From contig NW_019217847.1 in assembly GCF_002571385.2 (NCBI RefSeq), positions 284,992 to 348,991 of the forward strand: a DNA stretch of 64,000 bases. The letters run 5' to 3'. The notes beneath the pieces are model-generated. The model was not told the origin of the DNA and made no database searches. It worked only from the letters and a program-made list of their open reading frames with translations. This document shows positions 14,101 through 38,678 of this stretch, in pieces. A program made the translations under genes and the position numbers. The stretch's first letter is position 1; every line of letters begins with the position of its first letter. This DNA is from Stylophora pistillata (taxonomy: Eukaryota).

Positions 14101-15341
14101 CATATCACACCTGTCATGGCAGACCTCCTTTGGCTGCCTGTAAAAGTTAGAATAATTATTTTTTAAAGTTATTTTATTTACCTTTAAAGCTGTACATGGT
14201 CTTGCACCTGTATACTTTACTAGTCTATTATCTCCTAAACAGTCTAGTCATAACCTTAGGTCTATTGGTAACCACACTCTTGCAAGGCCCAAAATCAAAT
14301 CAGCCAAGACGACTGGAGACAGAGTCTTTGTGGTTGCTGCTCCAGTCTTGTGGAATGCATTGCCACCCGGTCTTAGGAATATTGGCAGTATTACTTTATT
14401 CAAGAAACAATTAAAGACACATCTTTTTAGGGAAGAATATTTTTAGATATTTTACAGTTTTTATCTATCTGACAATTTATTATTATATTACATAGTTAGT
14501 TAGCCACATCTGTCAATTTTATCTAGTATATAGTGTTATATTAAGTACTATATCAAATGTAATAATAATATCATTAATTGTAAATAATATTTTCGAAACG
14601 TCAGCTTTTATAATCATAACGGTGGCCAATATACCATTTCAACTTTGTTGATATATTCATAATATTTTCATAGTCAGTTTTCCTTTTCAACTTGTAAAGC
14701 GCATTAGATCATATATCTAATGAATTTTGTGCTATAGAAATAATAAAATTATTATTATTGTTATTATTATTACTTACTTGGAACTGGAATCCATCGTCTG
14801 TCTATGCAAAAACAAGCACTGCTAACAACAGGTTATACAAAAGAACAGCAAAAACGGCAAAAGAAATGAATAATTTGAGCTCCAAAGCCAAACACATACT
14901 TGCGTTTTGTGCATGACGCGAAATTTTAAAAATGGCGCACTCACCACATGTGAAATGCCATCTCATTCACACAGAGACAAGCGCAATGTCATTTTTAGGT
15001 GAAAATGACCTTCCAGTGGCATCCTAGACAGGTGACATCCTCAAATCTTAAGGTCTCTAATAACGATGTGGTACGAATGGCTCGCACTGGGCTCCTATCG
15101 GGCAAATCATATGTAGAGTCCAGGTCTCTATCTTGTTATAGCGTTCCACTCTAGTTATTGTTTTCTGAATTATTTGTGATAAATTGACTGATAATGTTGT
15201 GTATTTGTACTCAAAATCTCTTTTCTCGTTTACCTTGACCAGGAGTATGATTTCTTAAAAGGAAATGGTACAGATAGCAGTTTTGACACTCAAAGTTGGA
15301 TAACACCCATATTGCAAGAACTGGAACAGTCAAGTTTATAG
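8152..15341 (+). CDS. MAP2K6: Dual-specificity MAP kinase kinase of the MKK3/MKK6 (p38 activator) type, about 349 aa; exons 8152-8173, 8892-8964, 9376-9430, 9691-9804, 9894-10013, 10177-10296, 10581-10632, 11261-11388, 11523-11600, 11998-12140, 12458-12503, 15243-15341
   Basis: Basic N-terminal docking region (KKPKKPKPKFDF); TPPRNL motif; LGHGAYG; MAVK; EQKRLLMDLD; HRDVKPSN; DFGISGQLVDSLAKTVDAGCKPYMAPERI; WKTPFEQLKQVV. All introns GT-AG with consistent phases (1050 nt). Expected co-orthologue of MAP2K3 and MAP2K6. A non-coding first exon probably ends at the donor near 8039. Confidence 0.93.
9138..9180 (+). repeat. Short degenerate (TTAGGG)n-like tract in MAP2K intron 2
   Basis: gggttagtttagggttaggggttagcagttaaggttaggg. 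Confidence 0.55.
12874..15058 (+). mobile_element. Non-autonomous PIF/Harbinger-type DNA transposon in the last MAP2K intron
   Basis: TIRs acggaccttaagatttgaggatg / catcctcaaatcttaaggtctct; 3-bp AAT on both flanks; transposase N-terminal remnant at about 13025-13262 (EDEFLLLYDVNKSKNPQY...ECKTDFRLKKYDIPLLVDVLGLPDEI). Confidence 0.75.
13730..14773 (+). mobile_element. L2-type LINE 3' fragment nested in the Harbinger element
   Basis: ARNLGVWFDS; IVHALVISCLDYCNSVLYG...KLQRVQNAAARL...HITPV..L.WLPV; FVVAAPVLWNALP; (ATT)n tail at about 14748-14772. Confidence 0.85.
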
Positions 15342-15466
15342 TAAAGAGAGAATGTAACAGTTGTTGACTGGTCAGAGTAGAATAGGAGAGCTTGGTTCAG
15401 TAATTATGTGGAGGAGTTTAAGAAATACTTCCTTTTAATAATTTTTTTTTATTAAATACTACTTAT

Positions 15467-15775
15467 ATCTTATTAACCAAGCACGAGGGCCGTACTTGGA
15501 GAATATCGGTCCGAGGTCTTGACAGTATGGACCGAGCACAGCAAGGTCCATTCAAAAAAGACCGAGGCCCGATATTCTTCCAGTACGGTCCCGAGCAAGC
15601 TTGGTTAAAAAGAGATATATCATACGACTGAAGTTTAAAGGGACACAAGTGCAATATCATTTGGGACCATTCGGGACAGTGCCCAGTCCAATACTGACAG
15701 AATATTGACCGGCAATAGAGCATTTTGATTGTTTGATTTTAGTTATTGGCCCTCTGACTGCCCGAGTCCTTTAGT
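15467..15775. repeat. Dispersed palindromic repeat in the MAP2K 3' UTR region; second copy at 61576-61780
   Basis: ttaaccaagc...ccgtac...gaatatcgg is mirrored by ccgatattc...gtacgg...gcttggttaa. Near-identical sequence starts at about 61576. Confidence 0.75.
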
Positions 15776-17654
15776 AAAGTGGTATGTTACATAGATTAGC
15801 TGGGAAGATGAAAATGACTTTTTGTAACAGAAAGGTACATGTTGGATAAATATGTCAAGATAATCAAATCTGCCAAGTTTCAGGTTCTCATGTCTATCCA
15901 TTAAAAATGTTATCAAAGCCAGTTTCTGGAACTTAACAAAATAGCATGTATACTTTAAAAGCCTTGACTAATTTTTATTTAGAATGAGTGAGGTATAAAA
16001 GCCCAAACCAGTGGGAGAAGAGAGAAGTTCTGTCAGATCATCTTTGAGATTCCTTCAGAAATTTTAGAATTCTGAGGCTGTCTAATTGAAACCAAGTGTC
16101 TATTTTTTCTCAATTGCATTGTTCTGAGGGATAATGTCAGTCTCTTACAATCAATCACACCAAACTTCAAAAAAGAAGCATTTGGAATGAATCTAAGTAC
16201 ATTTAAACAAATAAATCAATCGCAGTAGGTTTGATTTTTTCTCCCTAATAACATTATTTCAATTCTTAAAATTGAATAAGCACTGTACATTTTGGTTGAT
16301 GTTTTGAGGAACTGTGGTTTTTTATGTTGAAAATACTGAACAAAAGATTCTTGGTCATTATTTTTCTTAAATTTGCAATATGATGCCAATCATTTTCACA
16401 AATGTTCCCAAGCCATTGACACTAATTTTTAGTGATTCTTTAAATTCTGCTTTAGGTATTATTTCTCTTTGATGAAACCCATTTGGCTTGATTCCCACTT
16501 TTTTGCGTGATATTAACATATAACGATGTGATTAAATACACACACTATCTTAATCTAATATTCTCCCACCCTGAGATGGAGGACAAACCAATTCCAAGTT
16601 ACAGTAGATGGGAAGATATGTTTGTGGATTTGGAAAAAGGTAAGAATGGTTTTTCATCTCCTTGGTTTGGTTTTGTAATGATTTGAGGAAATCTTATGAC
16701 TAGCTTTGCACTGGAAGAATTTTTTGGAACCACTTTACACAGGAAGACAATTGTGATGATAGATGTCTTTCTTTCTAGTTAGTAGTTTGGTATATACTTT
16801 TAGACAGCCAATATGCAGGTTTTTTTTTGTGGTTTTAATTACTAAACTTTGCCCAGTTAAGAACAAATATTTATTCTTTTTAAGTCTTATGTTTAGTTTA
16901 GTACCTCCTTGCTAACTTTGGGTTTGTTAGTGGAAAAGTGGGAGTTGAACTGTTTGTAGTTAATTACAAAGCTAACAGTAAAAATCAAACTTCACTTAAT
17001 TAATGTAGCTATTAATGAAAAACACAAATAAATGCCAATGGTTTATTATTTTAGGAAAAAGGAGTAACTTTAATTTTATACAACTCTTAATTCTAAGGCC
17101 TTATTGTATGTTATTTTGTGTTGTATAAACTCGGTCCCTTACATTTGGTGATAATGCTGTAATATCTATTGTTAATAATATCGTCAAGTTTTACTAGTCA
17201 GTTACTGGCATCAAATTTTGTAAGTGCAAATTCTATCCTTTAATTTGTCGAGGTAAAGTGGTTATTTCAATGTTTCCAGTGAAAGAGAGTCCAAAATAAA
17301 CACAGTACAGTTTTATAATTATTAGCTGCAGTCTTGCTTAATTCTTGGAGATATTTTCATTAGTTAAAAATCCCTTTCAGTTAGAGATTCCATTCAGTTC
17401 CATTTGAAACCCAGTTGCCATCAGCTTGCTTGGCCACATTTTGAAAGCAACTTGTGTTATTCCTGGTTATTCAAATAGGGCCAACATCGCGTTTCTCAGT
17501 GACCTTGTATTCGGCAATTGCTCGTATTTATGGACGGCGGTGCGATTTTGAAATCATCAAAGCTATCCCACAATATTTACATGTAACCTCGAAACTGTCC
17601 TACCCCTCCCTGCCTCGTACGTCCACTGAAAGGAACGATTACGTAATAAGATAT

Positions 17655-17706
17655 TGACCAATCAGGGACATTGTGTCAGCACACCTCGTGGATATGTACG
17701 TCATTG
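17655..17706 (+). promoter_or_regulatory. Putative DDX5 promoter: CCAAT box and CRE-like half site
   Basis: gaccaatcag at about 17656 and tacgtca at about 17697, upstream of a pyrimidine-rich leader and the ATG at 17821. Confidence 0.4.
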
Positions 17707-17820
17707 CAGCTTCCTCCTCCGACATCTTTTCTGCCGGCGACCTTCTTGAAGCTTACTGTTTTTCTTTCGATCGCCTATTCGACTTTGAAAGCCTCAACAA
17801 CCCGTAAGCAGCAAAAAATC

Positions 17821-31492
<13,672 letters not shown>

Positions 31493-32119
31493 AATCAGCA
31501 GCAAAGTAACATTCTGCTGAACCTATTCAAAATTCTATTGAATGATGGTTTTGTTTACTTTCCAATTTGTTTCCTTTTGAGATCCACAAATTCAGGCTGA
31601 TGAGCCTTTAGAAGGAACTTGTTTCCTCAATTTGCAAGATAGCTAGCTGAGCAGTGAATGTTTACACGTTCAATTCTGATTTAAGATTATTTTCCAAATC
31701 AGTTGCTTTGTAGATGGCTTTTTTTTTTTTAGAGGATAGCTCTATGCATTAGATAAAATTACTCCCTAAGTATTTTAAAGTTAAGGATCTATCTGTAGAT
31801 TTTAACATAGTCAAGGATCAGACTACACCTTCACATAGTCAAGGACCCAAATAAATTTCAGTCAACTGTGATTTTGTTGTTGTTGTTTTTAGTCTTTCTG
31901 ATTGTGTTAAATGGGGGTTGTTGCTGTTGTTGTTGTTGTTGTTGTTGTTTTTTGTTGTTTTTTTTTTCCAGGACATCAGCAAGTGACTAGTAAAATTCAG
32001 CTTTTGTGTAATACCTTTAAACATAGGACCCCTCTTTCAAATTACTGGCCAGAAAGTTGAGGGGGGTGGCTAAGGGGTGTTTAAACTTACCCTCTTGAGA
32101 GTATAAGCTATAAATTATT

Positions 32120-32641
32120 AATTTGGATATATCAACAAAGTTGAAGTGGTAAATTGGCCACCGTAACGATTACAAAAGCTGGCGTTTCGAGCGTTACCCT
32201 TCGTAGGAGTGAATAGAGGAATTGTGGGTTGTGTGTGCTTTTAAAGGCAGAGAATGGAGCTACGTTATTGGTGGGAACATGGACGAGAAAAACAAGAATA
32301 AATTAGTGGAATGAAAAGCGTTCGTTTTGAAGTATCTTTCAAACCAGCAGTCTAAATCCCACAGGGATCAACGAACGCTTTTCGTTCCACTAATTTATTC
32401 TTGTTTTTCTCGTTGCCATGTTCCCACCAATAACGTAGCTCCATTCTCTGCCTTTAAAAGCACACAACCCACAATTCCTCTATTCGCTCCGACGAAGGGC
32501 TAACGCTCGGAACGTCAGCGTTTGTAATCGTTACGGTGGCCAATTTACCACTTCAATTTTGTTCATATATCCAAATTATTTCGTTACTCTCACCGACGCG
32601 GCCCCAAACAGTTTCTTTCGAAACCATCAGCCTTTATTCAT
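32120..32641 (+). mobile_element. 5'-truncated Penelope-like retroelement with inverted terminal repeat
   Basis: Arms of about 210 bp (32120-32327 vs 32370-32578). The centre encodes IFQTSSLNPTGINERFSFH* (32334-32393), the PxGxN C-terminus typical of PLE GIY-YIG endonucleases. Hammerhead-like motif at 32486-32519. Confidence 0.85.
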
Positions 32642-33009
32642 TTATAAGTTATTAACACGTGTTTGCGACTAAGTAGTAACTTTTCACAAAAATCCAGTAT
32701 CAACCAATCATTTCCATTGGTTTAGGAGTAGAATTGAGTGACCTGAACTTCAATGTGCTAAATTAACGCGTGGAACTTTCCCAGGATACAGCGGCCTTTT
32801 TTTTTAGTAATGCAGTTGGGCCCTGTATTAAGCGTTCAGTTGTCAAAGTTCCTCTCAATTATGGCAGAAAATGGCAATATTTTTCATTTCTGAAAATACT
32901 TCTATTCTGTGGAACCTATATTAAGTGGTCAACCTTTAATAACCCTTCGACTCCCAGAAGTGATGAACATGTAACTTCTCTCAATAATATCCTTGGACGT
33001 TTCAGCAAA

Positions 33010-33228
33010 CAAGGTAATTCGGTAATATCAACTACAAGTTGAAATTGTAACCTGGCCACCGTAAAAAGAGTTTAAAAGTGGACGTTTCGAGCGTTAACCC
33101 TTAGACGCTCGAAATGTCAGCTTTTTAACTCACGGTGGCCAATTTACAATTATAACTTGGTTGATATTACCTTATTACCCCCCTCAAATGCAGCACCACG
33201 GTTTCTTTAGAAACTTAACGTCCTTAAT
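33010..33228. mobile_element. Penelope-like inverted fragment
   Basis: Same palindromic arms around gacgtttcgagcgttaaccct...acgctcgaaatgtcagct. Confidence 0.7.
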
Positions 33229-33621
33229 TCCGCAAACTCATCAGATAGTTGATATGTTAATCTAACACCAAATTCTTCTAAGTTGCAAGGAAATGTGTCG
33301 CAGCTAGAGGGGAGTGTTCACGATCACATCTTGGAGATTTACGGGTTAAACGTTCATTTCGTTCGCCATTTGACTGTACCGTAGTTATTGTGGATATGAA
33401 TTCTTGGTATTCACGTTGCGTCATTAAAATTAGGAAGTACCACTCCTTTCGAGATCTAGTTAAATAAGTTATTAGAACAGCTGAAGAATTAAATTTTTAC
33501 AAATTTTCAGGTTGAAAGGGTTTTTCATCTTGTTATAAAGCAAGGTTGATTTCTGAGCTTTATTGTGACCAGGCGGCCTTTAATGGTGTCACCTACGTTT
33601 AAAAAAAGTGACTTGTCTGCT

Positions 33622-34109
33622 AAGATTTCGCAAGCTGAACAGTCCTTTCACGAGAATAAGTTGTCATAGAGATGTTTAGGAGCCCTCAGATGATAACCAA
33701 ATGCTTTTTGGAGCAAAACTCGATGATGATACGTTTTTAGTAGCTTGGGGCCTCCATATTACTGCTTCTCTGAGGGTCTAGTACGAAACATCACACAGAC
33801 CTGAATCTTTGCGAGACTGTTTGATTATTTATCTTCTTTTTATTTCTCAGATTCTTGACTATAACCGCCTCCCGGTTAGCTCAATGGATAGAGCGCTGGA
33901 CTGTTGTGCGGGAGGTCGAGGGTTCGAGCCCCGGCCGGACCAACACTCAGGGTCTTAAAATAATTGAGAAGAATTTGCTGCCTTTCTATAACCTCAAGAA
34001 ATGGTTAGATATTCTAGTCTTCTCGGATNTGGGGTAGGAGACGTTAATTTCCCACACACGAGATTACTGTGTGATGGATGTCCTCCCCTGGGGTGGGATG
34101 GGTGGGATA

Positions 34110-34167
<58 letters not shown>

Positions 34168-34355
34168 CTATCTATCTATCTATCTATCTAGCTATCTATC
34201 TATCTATCTATCTATCTTGGATGGTTTTGATCATAGTGTGACTGAAAAAATGCACTTTGAACTTTGACTTTCTCGGATACTTGTGATGATGTTGTAAGTC
34301 GTGGCGGGAAACGAACGTAGTACTGCTCTGTCCCTAATAAGATTGTTTCGGTGCT
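33622..34355 (+). repeat. Upstream copy of a direct repeat of about 375 bp (interrupted by the SINE)
   Basis: Aligns by eye at high identity with 36056-36433. Confidence 0.9.
33864..34216 (+). mobile_element. tRNA-derived SINE with (TATC)n tail
   Basis: A box tagctcaatgg, B box gggttcgagcc; body shared with the 23968-24391 SINE; absent from the paralogous site at about 36290. Confidence 0.85.
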
Positions 34356-35128
34356 TCGGTCAAGTGAAAACCGACCGCGAAACCCTGGGAACGACTTACG
34401 CTTGAAGCTCTTCGACACAGCTGAAAGGTGAGCTGAAAGGAATACTCTAAAATTTTTAATAATATTATACTGATCAGCATTAATTTTTCTTTGGGAAAAT
34501 CACCTGAATAATTTGAACGAATAATCAATGATGTGTCGGTAGTTAAATCCAGTTAATAGTAGTGTACAACTTATGTATTCTTCTATTTATTGTCATGTGT
34601 TTCTGTTTCTGTATTTTTATCTCATACTGTCGTTTGTGCTTTATTGATTTAATATTTTATTTCTGTTTCTTGTATATTTATTGAATCTTTTGTAGAGCCG
34701 AATTTTATTTTAGATGTTTTAGCGTCCACACACTACCCGCCGAGACTAGCTCTGCTGTTTGTGGGTAGTGCGTCATTATGCTAAGTGTCATGTCATGTCT
34801 GATTACCATAAAATACAAATACAAAGTACTAGTAGTGTGGTGAAAATAACTACAGTGTTTTTGTCAAAAGGGTGAAAATGGGGAAGCAAGGAAATGAGTC
34901 AATTACGGTCGACCATGGTGCCTATTGTCTCAGGATATCAGAGGATTTCTGTTACTTTTCTTATCTCCTTATGAGCATACTTAGTGTGCAAAGCTATAGT
35001 ATAACTTTTCTAAGAATATCCTTACAGCCATTCCGCATCCATTTCTCTTTCCACCTCTCGCAACTTACTAACTAATAAGGCTTACACACTTTGTACATCT
35101 GTTTTCAGAACCTTTGGTAGTTCAGATT

Positions 35129-35842
35129 ATGGCTTCAACATCTGTTCCAAAACTTTACTCTGCATGGTTTTGCCCTTTTGCACAAAGAGCTTGGATTGCT
35201 TTGGTAGCAAAGGGTGTGGAGTTTGAGTACATAGAACAAGACCCTTACAACAAAACACCTGAATGGCTGGCCATCAATCCTCGAGGAATGGTGCCTGTGA
35301 TTGTTCATAAAAACAAAGCAATTTATGAAAGTTCAGTATGCATTGAGTATGTGGATGAGGCATGGTTAACTGAGTCAAGATTGCTTCCAGCAGATCCCTA
35401 CTACAGAGCTCATGCAAGAATTTGGGGAGATTTTATTGGCAAGAAAATTGTTCCTTCCTTTTATGCTCTTCTTATGAAACAGAATGAGTCCGAGCAAGAG
35501 AAAATTAAATCTCAGTTGATAAGTCACCTGCTTGAATTTGTGAAAGCCATGGACATTAAAGGGCCTTTCTTCCAAGGTGAGAAGTTGGGTTATGTTGACA
35601 TCATGTTAGCTCCACATGCAGCAAGGTTCTTTATTCTCAAGCATTATCGTTGCTTTGAAGTTCCAAAAAGTGAGAAGTTCAAAAGATTTCGTGTTTGGTG
35701 GGAAGCTGTAAGGAGTACTTCAGCTGTGAAGGCTACATTGCAAGATGAAAGCAAACTTTTAGATTCTTACCAACGATATGCAGATGCTAGTGCCACATCT
35801 CAAGTTGCTGATGCCATTAGACAGGGAAAGACAATGCCTTAA
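35129..35842 (+). CDS. Glutathione S-transferase, cysteine-type (omega-like, CPFA motif), 237 aa, intronless CDS
   Basis: SAWFCPFAQRAWI; INPRGMVPVI (cis-Pro); YESSVCIEYVDE; LLPADPYYRAHAR; GPFFQGEKLGYVD N-capping motif. Probable 5' UTR intron 34428-35108. Confidence 0.92.
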   Translation: MASTSVPKLYSAWFCPFAQRAWIALVAKGVEFEYIEQDPYNKTPEWLAINPRGMVPVIVHKNKAIYESSVCIEYVDEAWLTESRLLPADPYYRAHARIWGDFIGKKIVPSFYALLMKQNESEQEKIKSQLISHLLEFVKAMDIKGPFFQGEKLGYVDIMLAPHAARFFILKHYRCFEVPKSEKFKRFRVWWEAVRSTSAVKATLQDESKLLDSYQRYADASATSQVADAIRQGKTMP

Positions 35843-36055
35843 TCTTCTCATTTCACTTTGATAGTAAACAGCAGCTAGAATTTAAAGAACCCAAGTCTTG
35901 TTACATTGATGTATCAAAGTAGTTTTAATTAACTAGCATTGTTATGTAGATGAAACCTTCCACATACAGTTGTTAATTGACACAAGTAGAAGTCACCAAC
36001 AGGTCAGGTGACTCTGATGAGTACTTGAATCAGGTTATTCCCCCACATCAGTGGT

Positions 36056-36433
36056 GAGATTTTGCAAGCTGAACAGTCCTTTCATGAGAATAAGATGTCA
36101 TAGAGATGTTTAGGAGCCGTCAGATGATAACCAAATGCTTTTTGTAGCAAAACTCGATACGTTTTTATTAGCTTGCAGCCTCCATATTACTCCCCCTCAG
36201 ATGATCTAGTACAAAACATCACACAGACCTGAATCTTTGCGAGACTGTTTGATTATTTATCTTTTTTTTATTTCTCTTATTCTTGACTCTATGTGTTGGA
36301 TGGTTTTGATCATAGTGTGACTGAAAAAATGCACTTTGAACTTTGACTTTCTCGAATACTTGTGGTGTTTTTGTAAGTCATGGTGGGGAACGAACGTAGT
36401 ACTGCTCTTTCCTAATAAGATTGTTTAGGTGCT
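36056..36433 (+). repeat. Downstream copy of the 375-bp direct repeat (SINE-free)
   Basis: Matches 33622-33860 joined to 34215-34355. Confidence 0.9.
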
Positions 36434-37430
36434 GCCGAAACAGCCTGCTTTTCTGTTTGCCAGTCAAGTCCATGTACTTTAGCATAGCTATAGTAGATGC
36501 ACCCAAACAATGTACATAATTTCATCCAGGAATAGCAATTGAATAGGTATGAATAGGTTGGCAGGTGAAAGAAATTAACCCAAAAGTGTCTACAGATGGC
36601 AGATTTTGTCAAAAATTAAAGTTAATTGTGGTTTCAAATTATTCCAAGGATGCAGATTAACTGGATTTCTCTATGTAGAACTTCAAATTTTGGAACACGT
36701 TGCTAACTTAAATGCCCTGACAGATGGTTGATTCAGTTTGTAATTTAACTTATTTCAGCCAATGATAATACTATTTTAGAACTAGAGAGCTTGCCCCATT
36801 TTTTGTACTGACCATAGCCGAGATAAAACAGGCTGTATTAAATCCCAACTTCTCACTCTCATGATACTTCACATTTCCAAAGATTAAAATTTAGACCTTA
36901 CATATGCCAAAAATTATTTATATGGCAAACACAAATAAATGTAGAGCAAATATCATACCTAATGTTATAGAGTACTTTCTGGCTTTGTAGTGAGTGGTTA
37001 GAAAATATCCTTGAATAAAAATTGTTGCAGTGTAACACAGGATACACAAGTCTTGAAAAAGTAGAAAAAAAGGAACCAACTTGCCCTTTATCAGATATCT
37101 AATACTCAGAATGATGACCTTACATCAAAATGAATTTGTCACTCTACATAATTCTTATTTAAAGTTACTAAAAATAAGTGGCCTATGCATCAAAAAGCAA
37201 TTCTTAGATGTAGGTATGACACACAAATTTAAAGCTAACAGCCAAGATTATAGGAATGGCACAGTTTTTTCAGACATAAAATGACTGATCATGGTAACAA
37301 GAAGTTTCTTTTAAACCCATTCCGGTTGGTCTTACGCCCTGCCCATTTTATTTTACTCTGTCCAAAATTAAACTATTTTCTCTGACAGATCAGCACCCAA
37401 CCAAGAAAACATCCTCCCATAAATGGGTTT

Positions 37431-38141
37431 CTAGGGAATTGTTGAACCATTGCGAACAGCATCTGCAAGCTCAGACTTAGCATTACCCTCAGCATAAGGC
37501 CTAGCATTTGCCAAAACCTTATCTTTATTCTGTAGAACTGCTTTTACTGAAGGGTGATTTATCACTGCTTTTGCCCATACATGATATCTAATGTATTCTT
37601 CTGTCTGAGGAATTTGAAAGCCACGATAATGTTCCAGAATGTACATCCTTGAAGCCCAAGGAGCAAACATAATGTCAACATATCCAAGTTCCTTTCCTTG
37701 AAAAAAAGGGCCTGCCTGATCCATTGCCTGGGAAAATTCTAATATATTTGTTAGAAATATTTCTTTGTACTCATTTTGCTCTTCTTGAGACTGCTTAATA
37801 AGGAATCGGTAATATGGTGGGATAAGCTTCTTGATGATAAAATCTCCCCACATTCGTGCCTTAGCCCTCTGATAAGGATCCTTAGACAGTAGCCTTGGTG
37901 CATGAGGCCAGGCTTCATCAACATATTCAATGCAAATATGGCTCTCGTAGATTGACTCGCCATTATGCACGATACATGGTATTAATCCACGTGGGTTTAT
38001 AGCCAGCCACTCGGCAGACTTGTTGTAAGGATCCTGCTCTATGTAATCAAAATCAATTCCCTTCGCTAACATTGAGATCCATGCTCTGTGTGCAAATGGA
38101 CAGAACCAGGCACAGTATAGCTTCGGTTTGTTTTCTGTCAT
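37431..38141 (-). CDS. Glutathione S-transferase paralogue (omega-like, CPFA motif), 236 aa, intronless CDS
   Basis: CAWFCPFAHRAWI; INPRGLIPCI; YESHICIEYVDE; GPFFQGKELGYVD; colinear with the 35129-35842 protein. Probable 5' UTR intron 38643-38146. Confidence 0.92.
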   Translation of the reverse strand: MTENKPKLYCAWFCPFAHRAWISMLAKGIDFDYIEQDPYNKSAEWLAINPRGLIPCIVHNGESIYESHICIEYVDEAWPHAPRLLSKDPYQRAKARMWGDFIIKKLIPPYYRFLIKQSQEEQNEYKEIFLTNILEFSQAMDQAGPFFQGKELGYVDIMFAPWASRMYILEHYRGFQIPQTEEYIRYHVWAKAVINHPSVKAVLQNKDKVLANARPYAEGNAKSELADAVRNGSTIP

Positions 38142-38678
38142 TCTTCTAAAGGTTAAATTGTAATAAAGCAAGGCAATAACATTAAAATCAGATAAACAAT
38201 GGGGGTGCGAGTATAGGTACAGTCAGCAGATCGTTTCCGTCTACCATTACTCGTGTTCAATAATTCCGTTTTACTCTGTTTTTGAACTGAACCATCGAAG
38301 ATGAAACGCATGACCAAGGAGGGTGAGGTATAACTTGGTGTGAATCGTGGACTAAAACCAGCCCTTAGGGATCTTTCAAAGAGGTGTTACTACCGGACGA
38401 CAAAAAGAAAATTGGGCAAGATTTCCTTAGAACCCCGTATTATTACTTCATTATGCATTCAATTCTTGGATAAAGGAAAGCAGAGGCAAAACAACAGATT
38501 TCCTTTGGGACTATGGCTTTGTTTTTGATTGGTATGGGGTTCTACGGAGATCTTTCCGAAAATCGGCTTCCTCTCAAAGTAATAACACACTGCCCATTCT
38601 AGTTGCAGTCTACTTCATATCAAAGTAACTCACTCTCACTTACCGTGAAAGTTTTTTGGTCTTCAACTTGTCAATGTT

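Noticed and set aside
33864-33945. tRNA gene
   Set aside because: A and B boxes are present, but no clean cloverleaf or oligo-T terminator was found. It runs into a repeated SINE body also seen at 23968-24391.
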